Positions 38,121 through 49,990 of a stretch of DNA of 64,000 bases are shown here, in pieces. A model generated the notes under the pieces. That model was not told the DNA's origin, did no database searches, and saw nothing but the letters and a program-made list of their open reading frames with translations. Source of the DNA: Chiloscyllium plagiosum (Eukaryota); contig NC_057718.1 of the NCBI RefSeq assembly GCF_004010195.1, positions 36,806,600 to 36,870,599 on the forward strand, read 5' to 3'. Position 1 is the first letter of the stretch. Every line of letters begins with the position of its first letter. The position numbers and the translations under genes are program-made.

Positions 38121-38944
38121 TATTTCCCAAATTGTATCAAACAGTGTATCCCTTTGGCTGTTTTGCTACAATTTTCAATATTAGGGATGAGTCTGGAATT
38201 GGATATTTGCTGGATAATCGAGAGTATGTGAAGAAGTACTGTAACAACCAGTTTAAGTTTGTCAGTCAGGTTCTCAGTATGACTTATGTGTACTGGAAGC
38301 TGCATGTATTAATACACAAGGCAACTTTAGTGCAGATTGAAAGAACATGTACATACACTGTGCCTGATTCAATAAAATAAATGACAGCCTGACTTTGGCC
38401 CCTGTTGCAGAGTCTTGACCAAACAGAGTCAACCCACAATTTTAAGATTTAAACAAGGCCTAGGAATTAACTGTCAATCATAATTAACAGTTAATGAGGC
38501 AACGTCTCTACCAATCAGAATTCACTGCCAACTAATCAACACTTTCCTCTCATGCAGTACAAATGCTGGTTTACTCCTTAAATAGGTATTCGTGTGAATT
38601 GTCTTGATGTATGCAAGACAAAGCTCTGATAAACTGTGCCTATTTACAGCAATACTGGAAGTGTATTGTCATTCCTTTGTTATTGCTGAACGAAAACATT
38701 TTGATCTGAAGAGCTAAGACACTACAACAATGAATTACCTTCCTTCCTCTTTCAAGGAACAAATGTTATTCCTGAACTGGGGAAGTGTTGCGGCTATTGA
38801 AAACACCTGAACTTGGAAATGCAGGTGAATTCAGGCCAGGTCAAATCTGATGGGGTAAGGGAAGGAAAACTGGCAGCTGTACTAACATTCCTAGATCTCT
38901 TTTCGGCTTCAGCATTTACTATTTGATATTATTTTTTGAAGGAG

Positions 38945-39330
38945 TCAGTTAGCTCAATTGGATGGATGGCTGGTTTGCAATACAGAGTAATGCCAACAGC
39001 AAGGGCTGAAGCTTACTTGTATAATTTGCATACAATATTAAAGAAAGGAAGGCAGCTGGAACTAACTACAAACAACAAATGAGTTAGACATAAAATTGGT
39101 CACTCAACGTCAACTTAATTTGAAGGGTCTGAGAGTAGCCCATACAACAGGAAAAATGAGTGAAATGAAGATTTAACAAATATTAGGTAAAGTCACCATA
39201 GTGTCACTCTTTCATTACAGAGAGACAATTGATGGTGATTTAACCTGAAGATCACCACTCGCCAGGCAAGGGGCAATGTGAAGAAGGTGGGTCCTCTACT
39301 GAGAGAGTGACACTATGGTGACTTTACCTA
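38945..39330 (+). mobile_element. tRNA-derived SINE, rearranged (head +, mid-body inverted, tail +)
   Basis: Head tagctcaattgg...tgccaacagc; the same family is intact on the minus strand at 57270-57482. Confidence 0.75.
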
Positions 39331-39497
39331 TTATTTGTTAAATCTTCATTTCACTCAGCTTTCTTCCTGTATGGGCCTTCAAATTAAGTTGAACTTGAGT
39401 GACTGATTTTATGTCTAACTCATTTGTTGTTTCCAAGCCACGTAGTCAGTTTCAGCTGCCTTCCTTTCTTTAATATTGTATGCAAATTTTACAAATA
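39014..39497. repeat. Long inverted repeat, arms 39014-39217 and 39297-39497, 79-bp spacer
   Basis: For example aatttgcatacaatattaaagaaaggaaggcagctg versus cagctgccttcctttctttaatattgtatgcaaatt; a few indels and substitutions. Confidence 0.97.
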
Positions 39498-42400
39498 CAC
39501 TTGTGAATCAAAGTCATGGGTTCATTTATCCTAATCCGCCAGGCTCCAGGAGCTGCCAGTAAATAAAACAAATTTGTCAGCTTTTCTTCTGTTTTAATAC
39601 ACATCAACAAGTCACACACCTGTAGGATGCCAATTTTCCAAGTTTAGGCTTGTAATTGGCTGGGAAACAGATCAAAGAATACCTCCCACCACAATTCATT
39701 TGACCTCGCAGGAAAAAAAAGGTAGGTATGAACATATCAAACTGATTTCTTTTAGGGTGATATCAGGAAGAATGGAATCAGTTATGGTTAGGGGAAAAAA
39801 AACAAAAAACGTCTGTAAAACATATGAAACTAGGATGGAATGACAATGATTAAAAAGTAGAGTGGGGAAACTAAACTAAAAAGGAATGATGTTCAAATTG
39901 TTTATAAGGTTCAAATATCATTGTTTTAACATGTTGAAATTTAATATCATAGTAATAAATCTACGACAGATAGCTGGGACATCTTGAAACCATAACTGTT
40001 TTCTTTTCAAGCTTCACTGTGCATGAAAAGGAAAACTGGTTAGGCGTAGGATATCAGGTTGAGAACCAAACAGTTGTTTGAAAATTAATAACATATAGGC
40101 ATGCTATGAGATTTTATACTTGCAACTTCACGTCATATTTTGTCTGATATTGCAGGCAGTCCGAAAAACAATCTGCTGTAATGTTTCTTTGCCTGGGTGT
40201 TGTGCCAAATTTTACACTTGCAGCTTAATATGTGCTTGGTGTAATACCCAGGGCATTATTAGAAATGAAGCATTTTTGATTTCTCCCTGTGGAGATTGAA
40301 CACATGGTAAACATTTCTTCAAGTATCACTGTGTAATGTTCACACTTTGGCACGTTGGGAGCAACTCCACAATGCATCATCAGATAATGCAAAACTTTTG
40401 ATATTCACAGGTGATCGTTGCCCTCAACATTTGTGATTTTATTTTCTGAAGTGAAGAGTAATAGCTTATATGCAATAGTTCTACTTTCACAAAATATGAA
40501 GCAAACAAGCTTGACCTGCCTAGTCTTGTTGAACTATAAATATAACTAAGGTAAAGTTAGGGCTTTATTTGTTGTAACAGAGGGTTGCCTTCCATTCATT
40601 TTTGCCCTTATCCCTCACCAGAATATGATGAAAATAGCAGATTATCCAGTATCAAGTGGGTCTTCCCTTTATTACTCAATTCATGGTCAAATTAATTTCA
40701 AAGCTGTTCAAAGTTCAACCAGGCACCTACTGGGGAGTAGAATGCCTGAGCGCAGCACATATTTGGAATGGATAGAGAACTGGAATTTTGCTTGATTACT
40801 TTTCGGGACTAGAAGAAATCTTTTTTTTCATGCAGAGGCCTATTTGAACACAAGGCAAGGCCTTCATTGTTCATTAATTTTGAATGGAAAATGGAGCTGT
40901 TTCATTAGAGAAGAATACATTTAGAACAATTGAATTTTGCAGCTTGTAAAGAAATCAGTCAGAAGATTACTTCTATGAGGACCAGAATGGGCCTATTCTG
41001 GGGTAAAAATATTTACCCAATCTGTGCAGAGACAGTGGAAATTGGAACATGCCCCAGCTCCTCTATGGACTGCACTTATTTTGTTTATGTGCTTTGAAAT
41101 TCTGACTACTTCCATGTGGACTTCATAACAGCAACAGGCAGGATTGTTAAGATGACTCATCAATTAAGGTTCCTTGCTGTCCTGCTTCAGTTACGTACAA
41201 TTTTTGCCTGTATGGAACAGCCATCCATATATACCAGAACACTTGTAGTTTAAAAGTTTACTATTGTACAGAAACTTCAAAATGTAAACACTGTAATTAA
41301 AATAAAAAATTTTTTGTCAATCAGCTGATTAACCTACATAGTCCCAAAATGCTAGAGTAAAACTTCTTCCACTTCATTGAAGCAGATGCCCAAAAATGGC
41401 ATATGTCCCACGTACTAAACACTAATATATTGATTCATGTTTTAGGAGGGAATCAAGGGCTTATTCAGGGGTGAGCAAAGGGTCTGACGTTATCCACCAA
41501 AAGCTAACACAGGAATTCTAGCCTATGAGATGGAGTCCATTAAAGGCTTTATGTTCCGTGAAAGGATAAATTTTGCTGGGCTGAATACTCTTTTCTCAAT
41601 CTGACATTTCCTAAAACCTACAGCTAGGTGAAATTTATGGGACTGTTTTTATTACTGTAGGAAAAGTTCCCTTATTTTAGGAAAGCAGCATTATGTCTGT
41701 GGGATGAAATTATAGAAGCTTTTTTTTCTGAACAGCTAATTAAATAAATAATGTTGTGAGAGGAATAAGAGAATGAAATTTTATGAAGGGCATTTTGCTC
41801 TTCCCTTCATTAGAAATAAGAAAGATAATAATGTCATACCGTAATACCACTGTGTGGGCAGCCTTAATAAGCTTCACAAAGGACTTCCACTCTTCGCTGG
41901 AAGGAGGTCTTACCCTCCTGAACTGCTGCCAATCTGATTGGTTGCTGGACTGCAAGCAATCCCATGGGGAAGATAGCATGGATACTGTACTCAGATATGC
42001 CTGAGATTTTTAAGTGGAAAGGATTGGCTAACCTAGGGAGGGATTCAAGGAAGGTTAGTGGTTGTGTTTTGAAAGTCAGTTAAGGAGGCACAAATTGGGG
42101 GCTTCAATCTTGTGGGGTGGTACCCGATGTATGCAAGACATATCCCAAAAGCAACCTTCCCACTCTGTGTCCTCTACTAACATCTGTATTATGTTGTTGA
42201 AGGTGAAATAGAGCCTCAATTCCCTATGAATTGGGTAGTTAAATACCTCAATAGGTTTAATGGTGGGTGGGCTCACAGAGATCTTACCCAACACTGTCTT
42301 ATGAGAAACAAATGGATGGCCACAAGATCCATGCCAAGAAATTGTATTTTATTTAGATTTAAGCAAAGTAAATGTGTAGGAAAGTATCAGTGTCCAGCCC

Positions 42401-45400
42401 TGTAGCTGCATGAAACATGTCAGCTACTGGGTTGGTAATATGCACTGCCATTTGCTGACTTCAATTTTATCCAAGTGTACTTTCAGACATAGTGCCATCA
42501 ATGTTACAATGCCAATATTGGTAATATTGTAGAGGTGTAGATCCTCTGTTCTCATATCCAATTCTTCCCTTTTGTTTCAACCATCCATTTAAGCTATTCT
42601 GACCATGGTTCAATTCTAAACCTTAACGCTTCTGCAAAAAGTTTATTTTCCTATATTTTTTCAATGCCTTGATATTTTATGATTTAACCATGTTGTCTTA
42701 CTCGAGACCCTTTAATTACTGAAAACATGTTTTTTTTGTCTCCTCTGTTCTATCTCTTTACCAAATCACTTCATAATTTCTTCTGTTACAGCAACAGTCA
42801 GATTCCTTTATTCAGTTGGAATCAATATCAGATCTTTGCATCAATATGAAATTATAACAAAGGCTTTTACATTCAAATAACCATCTCTTTATGAAATGAA
42901 AGTCTGTGAGTTGCTCTTTCTGGTGACAAACCTTAATCCACATCTTGTTATTACTAATTTACCAATCTGTTTCGTTGGAATTTTGGAATTCCATTAAAAA
43001 TTGTTCAATTGTTATGAATCTCTATTCTTGACTGAAAATTTACATTTCCAGTTTAATTATAATGTCTTTGTATTTCGCTTTTCACAGCTTTAATACCTTT
43101 CAATTAATTGGGTGAGCAGAGAGTGCACAACCAGGAATAATGGAGTAACTTTAGCAGTACATGATAATTATTGCTGAACAACCTCTCTGGCCTGTAAAAT
43201 TAATTTAGAAAGGTGGAGATCCATTGCCTTGAAATAAAGTTACAAATTTATGAAAACAATGTGGCTAATCTTTTGATTGATTAATTGTTGTCACGTGGAC
43301 TGAGATACAGTTGTTTTGTGTGCTATACTGGCAGATCATACCATACATTGTGGATCAGGGTAGCAGAAAGAGTGCAGAATATAGTGTTACAACTGCAGAG
43401 AAGGTGCAGAGGGAGAGATCAGAATGAACTTTGGCAGGTCTGTGGGAAAGAAGCTGGTCTTGAATAATTTCGTATGTGTATTCAAACTTTTATATCTTCT
43501 GCCCAATGGACGAGGGTGGAAGAGAATATAACTAGGGTGGGAGGAGTCTTTGATTATGTTGGTTGCTGTCTATAATGGTTGTAGTAAGGACAGTCAGATT
43601 GACTTCACAGAAGATGAGTTCCCTGATTGGGGCTGTTATTCTGGTCCAATCAGGGAGCCCTGGCTGACAGGTAAGAAGAGGCATGCCAGACATCGTGTTC
43701 ACACAGAGAGCTGGCTCTGAGGGAGCTGGATTAGTGTCAAGGACTCACAACTGTAAATAAAGGATGACTTGGTGACCCGCTGTGAAGTTATGAGAGTGAT
43801 GAGAGAAAAGCACATTCCTGAAGAAATTCATTCGCAACAATCGTCTTTCAGTTGGGGTAAGTATTTCTGGTATCATGCCTTAGTTAGGAAGCTCAATTAA
43901 TTCAATCCTGCAGTCGAAGACTGTGCCTAGTATGTGGAAGCGATGTGTTAATTTTTCCCAGGCAAATGCCATTGGGGAAGATGAAAAGCATAATTCTCCT
44001 GACAATTTGTGGACACACAACGTTTTTGGTAATTAGGATCCTAGCTCTCCCTAAGGCACCAGATACTAAATTCTTTCAAAGGTTGACAGATTTAATTAGG
44101 GAATATTACAAGCCAAGCCTCCTTTAATTTTGAGATGCTGTCAGTTTTACTTGGCAATTTGAGAACCATGGGAATGTATTTCAGGACTTTTCACTCGGTT
44201 TGGATGACTGGCAGAGGCATGTGACTTTGGTTTAACCCTTAATGAGATGATGAGAGACTGTTTGGAGTGTGGGATTAATGAAGTAACCATGCAAAAGCGC
44301 CAACTAGCTGAAGCCCAACTGGACTTCACATAGGCACTACAACTGGCTTTATCATTGGAAAATGATAACAGGTGGAGCATATTCTGATGGGTATTGGAGG
44401 GTATTCTGATGGAAGTGGACATCGTTGCCAGTCTGACTGAGGTTGGGGAACACCGCTAGAGTGAAGGCAATTGCACAGCCTCATTCAGGACATACCCTTA
44501 ACAGAGGGACTCTTGGTCAGCCCACAGAAAACCCCCCAAACAAAATCAAGCCTTGACCAAATGGTTAAAATTCTCTTCAGGATCCAGGCTGACAAACCAT
44601 AGTAGTTGCTGCAGGTATGTGGACTTGAGAAAGCAAAAGAAGCCCACTAGACCTAACCTGACAAAGAGAATTCATAGGCCAGTATCCAGGAGAGTGCACA
44701 CCCTGAAGTCCACCTACATCTGGCTTGGAACAGTTAAATTCTTTAGTAACATCCAAATCAGAATAAAGGTCATCTGCTTTTAATGGAAGCCGAAACCAGC
44801 ATGGCCATTTCAGTGATCACAGAACCAGTCTGTAACAAAATTCATTCTGGACTATAGCCTGAAGTTTACACAAAACCTCAGCTGGATTGAGAACTTATAC
44901 CAGGGAACCTTTACAAATTAAGGGTACAATTTGGTTCTGGTCTCTTGTGAGAAGCAGCTGGTTCAGTTGCCACTGATTATAGTAAAAGGCTCAGGCCCGA
45001 GCTTGATTGGGTGAAGTTGATTGGATGAGAAAGATTCATCAAGATTGGCTCAACATTTTTCGATTAGGAAATGGCTGCCTGAGTGTAGTCCTAATGAAAT
45101 ACGTGAAAGGTTTTCAGGAAGGTCTAGGGACTATTAAAAGATTGAAGGCCACCTTGCATGTCAACCAGGAAGCAATTCCACAATTCTGTCAGACACGTCC
45201 AGAGCCATTTGCCCTGATGGCAAAACTAGAGACAGAAATCAGGAGGCTGGAGAGTGAAGGAATCATCAAATCTGTATGCGAAATGGGCAACACCGGTTGT
45301 GAAGTTGACTTGTTGGTTTGCCTTTGTGTGGCAATTTTAAACAAACAGCAAACTGTTTTTCGCAGCTGGATAAATACCTAGTATCTTGCATAGAGGATTT

Positions 45401-46819
45401 TTATGCAAAACTGGCATGGGTGCTGTCCTTCACAAAGCTGAACATGAGCCATGCATACTTGCTATTTCAGTTAGTTGAAGGTTCCCAGTAGGATATCCAT
45501 AACGGTTTGTATCAATATACGAAACTGCCATTTAGGGTATCTTCAGCCTGTGCAATGTTTCAGTGGATGATGGAAAACATTTTACAAGGTCTACCCCAGG
45601 TTTCCATTTATCGGGTGGCCCAATAGAGAGACTCTGGCTAATGCAGAGCATAATATGCCCAGATAGAGAAAGAAGGTTTGGCGATCATATTTGGAGTCAA
45701 AAAGTTCCATCAATACATTTACAAACGCTAATCTGTAACATTAATGGACCACAAACCCCAGCTCGGTCTATTTAAAGAGGATAAGGTTGTGTTGCCCAAA
45801 GCTTCAAGCTGAGTTCAGCAATGGGCCCTAATACTAAGTGCACATAATTATAAGTTGGAACACTGTCTGGAGGCCAAGTAGCAAATGCAGATGCATTGAG
45901 CCGCCTCCCACTGGCAGATACACCATTAGTGGTGCCGCCACTGCAAGAGTCCGTAATGGTTTTAAATATTCTGGACACACTTCCAGTCGCAGCTGACAAT
46001 ATCAGACTTTGGACACAGAAAAATCTGGTCATGGCAAAACTGATAAAATTAGTGGTAATGGGGGAAACCAAAGGGCCATCACAGCCAGAATTGCAACCTG
46101 TTTGGATGCAGAGAGACCAGGGTCAAAAAAGACAAAAATAACCACCAGCAGAATCCCCCATATTTATGCCAGGAATGCCAATGCTGGACCACGACTCCAC
46201 TAAATGAGAGGGACAGTTTACTTTAGGGGTCAGAGTTTGGTATAGGAACCATAGGAATGGTCCTACATGGTTAAGAGATATGTTCGACATAGGTTCGACA
46301 TAAGATAATGTATAAAGTTCGTGTAGGTGCATCAGTGCTAAACAAACACATGGACCACATGAAAGCTGCAAATTCTCAAATGGTATAGGAGCAGAATCTG
46401 TATGGTTCCTTGTCTGCCTTTCTTACTGTTCTGGATTGTGTGGGTTCTGCCTCGCTGTCATGCATTGAAGAAACCTTGGAAACTGAGATGGACATGACAG
46501 ATGTTGCTGTCTCAATGCCTTTGTCATCTGAAGAAGAGAATGAATGTTCTCTGAGATGCTTCAGGAGCAAGAGTCGAGTTATTGTGCATTACATGCTGCC
46601 CATATCAGAGGCAGAGTTAGAGGAACCTGAATTGGTGCTAAAATGCACAGAAGGAGCTCTAAAATAAAGAACTGGCCTATGTCCTTGGACTCAGAAAGAA
46701 AGAAGTGTAGTAACTGTAATGAGGTCAGCCAAATGGCCCTCATAGAAAATATGTTCCCTATTTGGACCTATTAATCTGGTCCAATCAGGGTGCCCTGACT
46801 GACAGATAAGAACAGGAGT

Positions 46820-47267
46820 ATCTGTCATTCTGGGGGGGGGTTGGGAAGCAGGACGGGCTGCCCTAGAGGTGGCCGGAAGGTGTGTCAGGGCAAACCGAGA
46901 ACTGGAAGGAGCATGGGCTGGACCAAGAGCCAGAAAGGCATAGGGCGGGCTGCCTTAGAGTGGATGGAAGGTGGGAGGGACAAGTGGCTTGCTGGGTTGC
47001 TGGGGGAGTCTGTGTTATGCATAGTTTCTTTTATGTAATTGGACTGTCCTTTATATGCATAAATGTTGTTACTGTTTTGTAATGATTGAAACTGGGATTT
47101 GAGGTTTGTCCTCATTTCCCAGAAAATTGGTTGAACGGTAGGGTTTGGGGCCTGGCTTTGCTGCTCCTCTCACATGTAAAATTGCTGTTTCTTTGTATAC
47201 AGCTGTTAATGTTAATTGTTTTGTAAACTGTGTATTGTTTAATAAAATAATATATACAGGAAAAATA
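46820..47267 (+). mobile_element. A-tailed non-LTR 3' UTR fragment (L1/Tx1-like by inference) inserted in the LTR
   Basis: G-rich then T-rich body, AATAAA and A-rich tail; flanked by AAGAACAGGAGT at 46808-46819 and 47268-47279. Confidence 0.75.
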
Positions 47268-47279
47268 AAGAACAGGAGT

Positions 47280-47653
47280 GCCGTCCTGGGGAGAGTTGGT
47301 CAGTAGGCAAGGTGGCAAGAAGGCCAACAACTCTCCTGCAGGAAGGGTAGCCAAGGACAGTCTGATCAGTATGTGCTGTGGACTACTGTCAGGTGTCTTT
47401 TAGTTATATTGGGTCTATGTTCTATGCACTGTTTCGCATTTGATTGCACTATCTTTTCTGTGTTTGTTACTGTTATCTTCATGATGACTGAAAGTGGGAT
47501 TTGAGGTCTGTCCTCATCTCCCTGAAAACTGGCTGAACATGGGCTTTGGGGTTTGGCTTCATTGCCCTTTCTCCTGTATATAGTGCTTTCTTGCGAACCG
47601 CTGTTTTCTGTCTATTGTTAACAGTATTTTGTACTGTTTATTAAAATAAAAAA
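47280..47653 (+). mobile_element. Second, divergent A-tailed non-LTR 3' UTR fragment at the same LTR site
   Basis: Ends ttattaaaataaaaaaa followed by a third AAGAACAGGAG (47654-47664); shares a ~100-bp block with the neighbouring insert. Confidence 0.75.
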
Positions 47654-48259
47654 AAGAACAGGAGAGTCAGACATCTTGTTCATTTTGAGAGCTGGCTCTG
47701 AGGCAGCTGGATCAGTGTCAGGGACTCTCCACATGTAAATACAGGGTGACTTGGCAATGGGATACCTGCCTCAGTTGAGTTATTTCACTTTGCCGAGGCA
47801 GTCAGAAATATAGATGGAATTAATGGACGGAAAGCTGGTTTGCAGATAGACTGGGCTGTGTTCACAACTCTGTAGTTTCTTGCATTCTTAGGAACACCAG
47901 TTGCCATACCACGCTGCGATGCATCCAGATAGGATAGTTTCTATGGTGCATATATAAAAATTAGTAAGAGCCTTTGTGGACAGGCCAAATTTCTTTAGCT
48001 TCCTGAGGAAGTACAGATGTTTTTGTGATTTTTTGACCATCACATCAACACGGGTGGACCAGGACAAATTGTTGGTAATCATTACTCCCAGGAACTTGAT
48101 ACCCTCGACCATCTCCACCTCAGCACAATTGATACATACAGGGGCATGCTCTCCACTCTGCTTCCTGAAGTCAATGACCAGCTGTTTCATTTTACTGACA
48201 TTGATGGAGAGATTGTTGTCTTTATGCCATGCCGCTAAGCATTCAGTCACTTTGAGCCA

Positions 48260-49990
48260 TTTTTTTAGCTAAGTATCAGTTTCATCGGGTTTTTGGGAAG
48301 GTTCCTCACCACGAGGCCTCGTGAGATCTCTCGCCATACCTTACCAAACTTGTCTCATTAGTTACAATCCTCCCTAATTGTCCCCATCTTACCATATGCC
48401 ATTCAGAAGAATTCACCACTGCTGGAATGACAATTCTGGTACCAATACTATCTTTTACAGCAATTGCACATCCGGACAAGCATTGTTAGTCTGGAACTGC
48501 CCTGCATGGTTCCTAACAATTGCCCCTGACATGGCAGGCTATGGGAATTTGGCACCCCACTCAGCAGCACTGACCTCGAGGTTGTGCTGGATGGAGTGGT
48601 GCAGGGGCAGGTTGTCCTTTCCCCCCAGGACTGGCAGTGGAGGCCACAATACCAGACAACACCAGGCTGGTCAATGGTTGCCACCCAGAACAGTTCAGCC
48701 TCAACCATCTGGAAGAATGCACAGTATTGCAGGAGGAAGGTCAAGGACCTTCACTCTGGCAGCATTTTCTCTCTGATACTTCATACTCGCTTTATCTATG
48801 TTACTGCACCCACATCCCACCAAGGCTCATGATCTACCACTCTCACTGTTGCTTACAGTGTCTTCCTTCACTTGATGTCACCTACCCCAACAGCCAACAC
48901 CACTAATCGTGCATGCTGTCCATGCCCCTACTCACTGACTCAGGGCACTTGTCTGTCTGCACCAAATGTAACAATTGTCCCACTTATTTTCGTCTATTTC
49001 AATAGCTGTCTCTGTCTGATTCCAGGAGGAAAATAACCTATAATAGGGCAGAAAGATCAAGATGGGTGGTGTGTTATCTGAATATTTGACTTCTCACCAG
49101 TTATGAGGAAAAGACCTTGACTGTGATCACCCTGAGCAGCTGCCTGATTGTGTCCAAGAAACTGATCTGGTAACAGAAGCTGCTTTTGACTCGCTGTGCC
49201 TAGACACCCCGAGCTAAGGCTAAGGTTATCTCCCTTAACTTAACTGAGGTTTTCTGACAATAATGACAAGCTTCCTGTCTTAGGGTCTGTGCTAAATGGC
49301 ACAGCAGTACAGTGAACCTGGTAAACCTAGCTGAGGGAGCAAAGCAACAGTTGGCAAGGTAAGACAGGTGAAGGAGAGATACAATGCAGGTCCAGTTATT
49401 CTCAGTGACTGAGTGCTAACAGAACAAGTGAACAGGCCAGAGATGCAGCCTGATCCTGTCCATGAGTGTGTCCCTGAGGCAAAGGCCTCCTTACTGCAGC
49501 ATTACAATGCTAAGTGCTGGTAGGGCCCCAGGTGCAGCATCAAAGTGCAGAACATACTGCGAGCGGATTGGAGATGTGCCGTGAAGTTTCTTACATGTCA
49601 AATGTCAATGTTCACTGATGTGGGGTGCATATAGTTGATTCCTATGGAACATGCCCTAAGATGTTGGTGCCCAGTGTCCAACGTGGAGGTTCTTTGGAGC
49701 AAGTGGCAAGCTGAAGTTGCCAGGTACCCACTTTGACTTCTGTGTCCAGAAATCTTGGTGCCTAGCTTGTTTAGCACTTTTGGAAGCTGCATATTAACAA
49801 GCTAAAATGTACTTTTATTAAGGTCAATGGCAAACAATAATCCCTTTAATAGGCAACTCACTGCTGTCTCGTGAGACTCTTGCCTGAACATCTGAAACTT
49901 GGGTAATGATACAGTGGGTTGCTCCTGACATCAAGACATGCCTCACTGGACTTCTCATGTGATTCTGCCTTATTTCCTGTCATAGTCCAC
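48260..49990 (+). mobile_element. Harbinger/PIF-like DNA transposon derivative carrying a Myb/SANT gene remnant
   Basis: 48550-48755 reads SSTDLEVVLDGV...VLSP...GWSMVAT...KNAQYCRRKVKDL. After ttccag (~49025) comes a frameshifted K-I-T-Y-N-R-A-E-R...GG segment. A related copy lies at 55940-57545. TIRs not resolved. Confidence 0.65.

Larger units (their letters stand above)
43571..47787 (+). mobile_element. Degenerate Gypsy LTR retrotransposon (Mag-like): 5' LTR ~43571-43794, gag, PR, RT, RNase H, integrase mostly deleted, 3' LTR 46706-47787 (interrupted)
   Basis: Both LTRs share tctggtccaatcaggg and gagagctggctctgagg. Protein motifs FQEGLGTIK...RPEPFAL...RLESEGII, QIEKEGLAIIFGVKKFHQY and NADALSRLP. 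Purine tract before TGTAG at 46706. Confidence 0.88.
43271..48250 (-). mobile_element. Rex1/Babar-type LINE 3' part (43271-43570 plus 47788-48250), split by a Gypsy insertion
   Basis: ORF 47888..48250 WHKDNNLSINVSKMKQLVIDFRK...KFLGV...LYFLRKLKKFG...WYGN; (tgat)n tail at 43271. Confidence 0.88.

Noticed and set aside
47481..47537. Box C/D snoRNA (ATGATGA...CTGA) or hammerhead (ctgaaag...gaaa) in the second insert
   Set aside because: The boxes are not preserved in the sister copy (atgattga...ttga), and the core lacks CUGANGA.
46808..47664. Three direct repeats with long spacers as a CRISPR-like array
   Set aside because: The repeats are only 11-12 bp with ~400-bp A-tailed spacers in vertebrate DNA; successive TSDs explain them.
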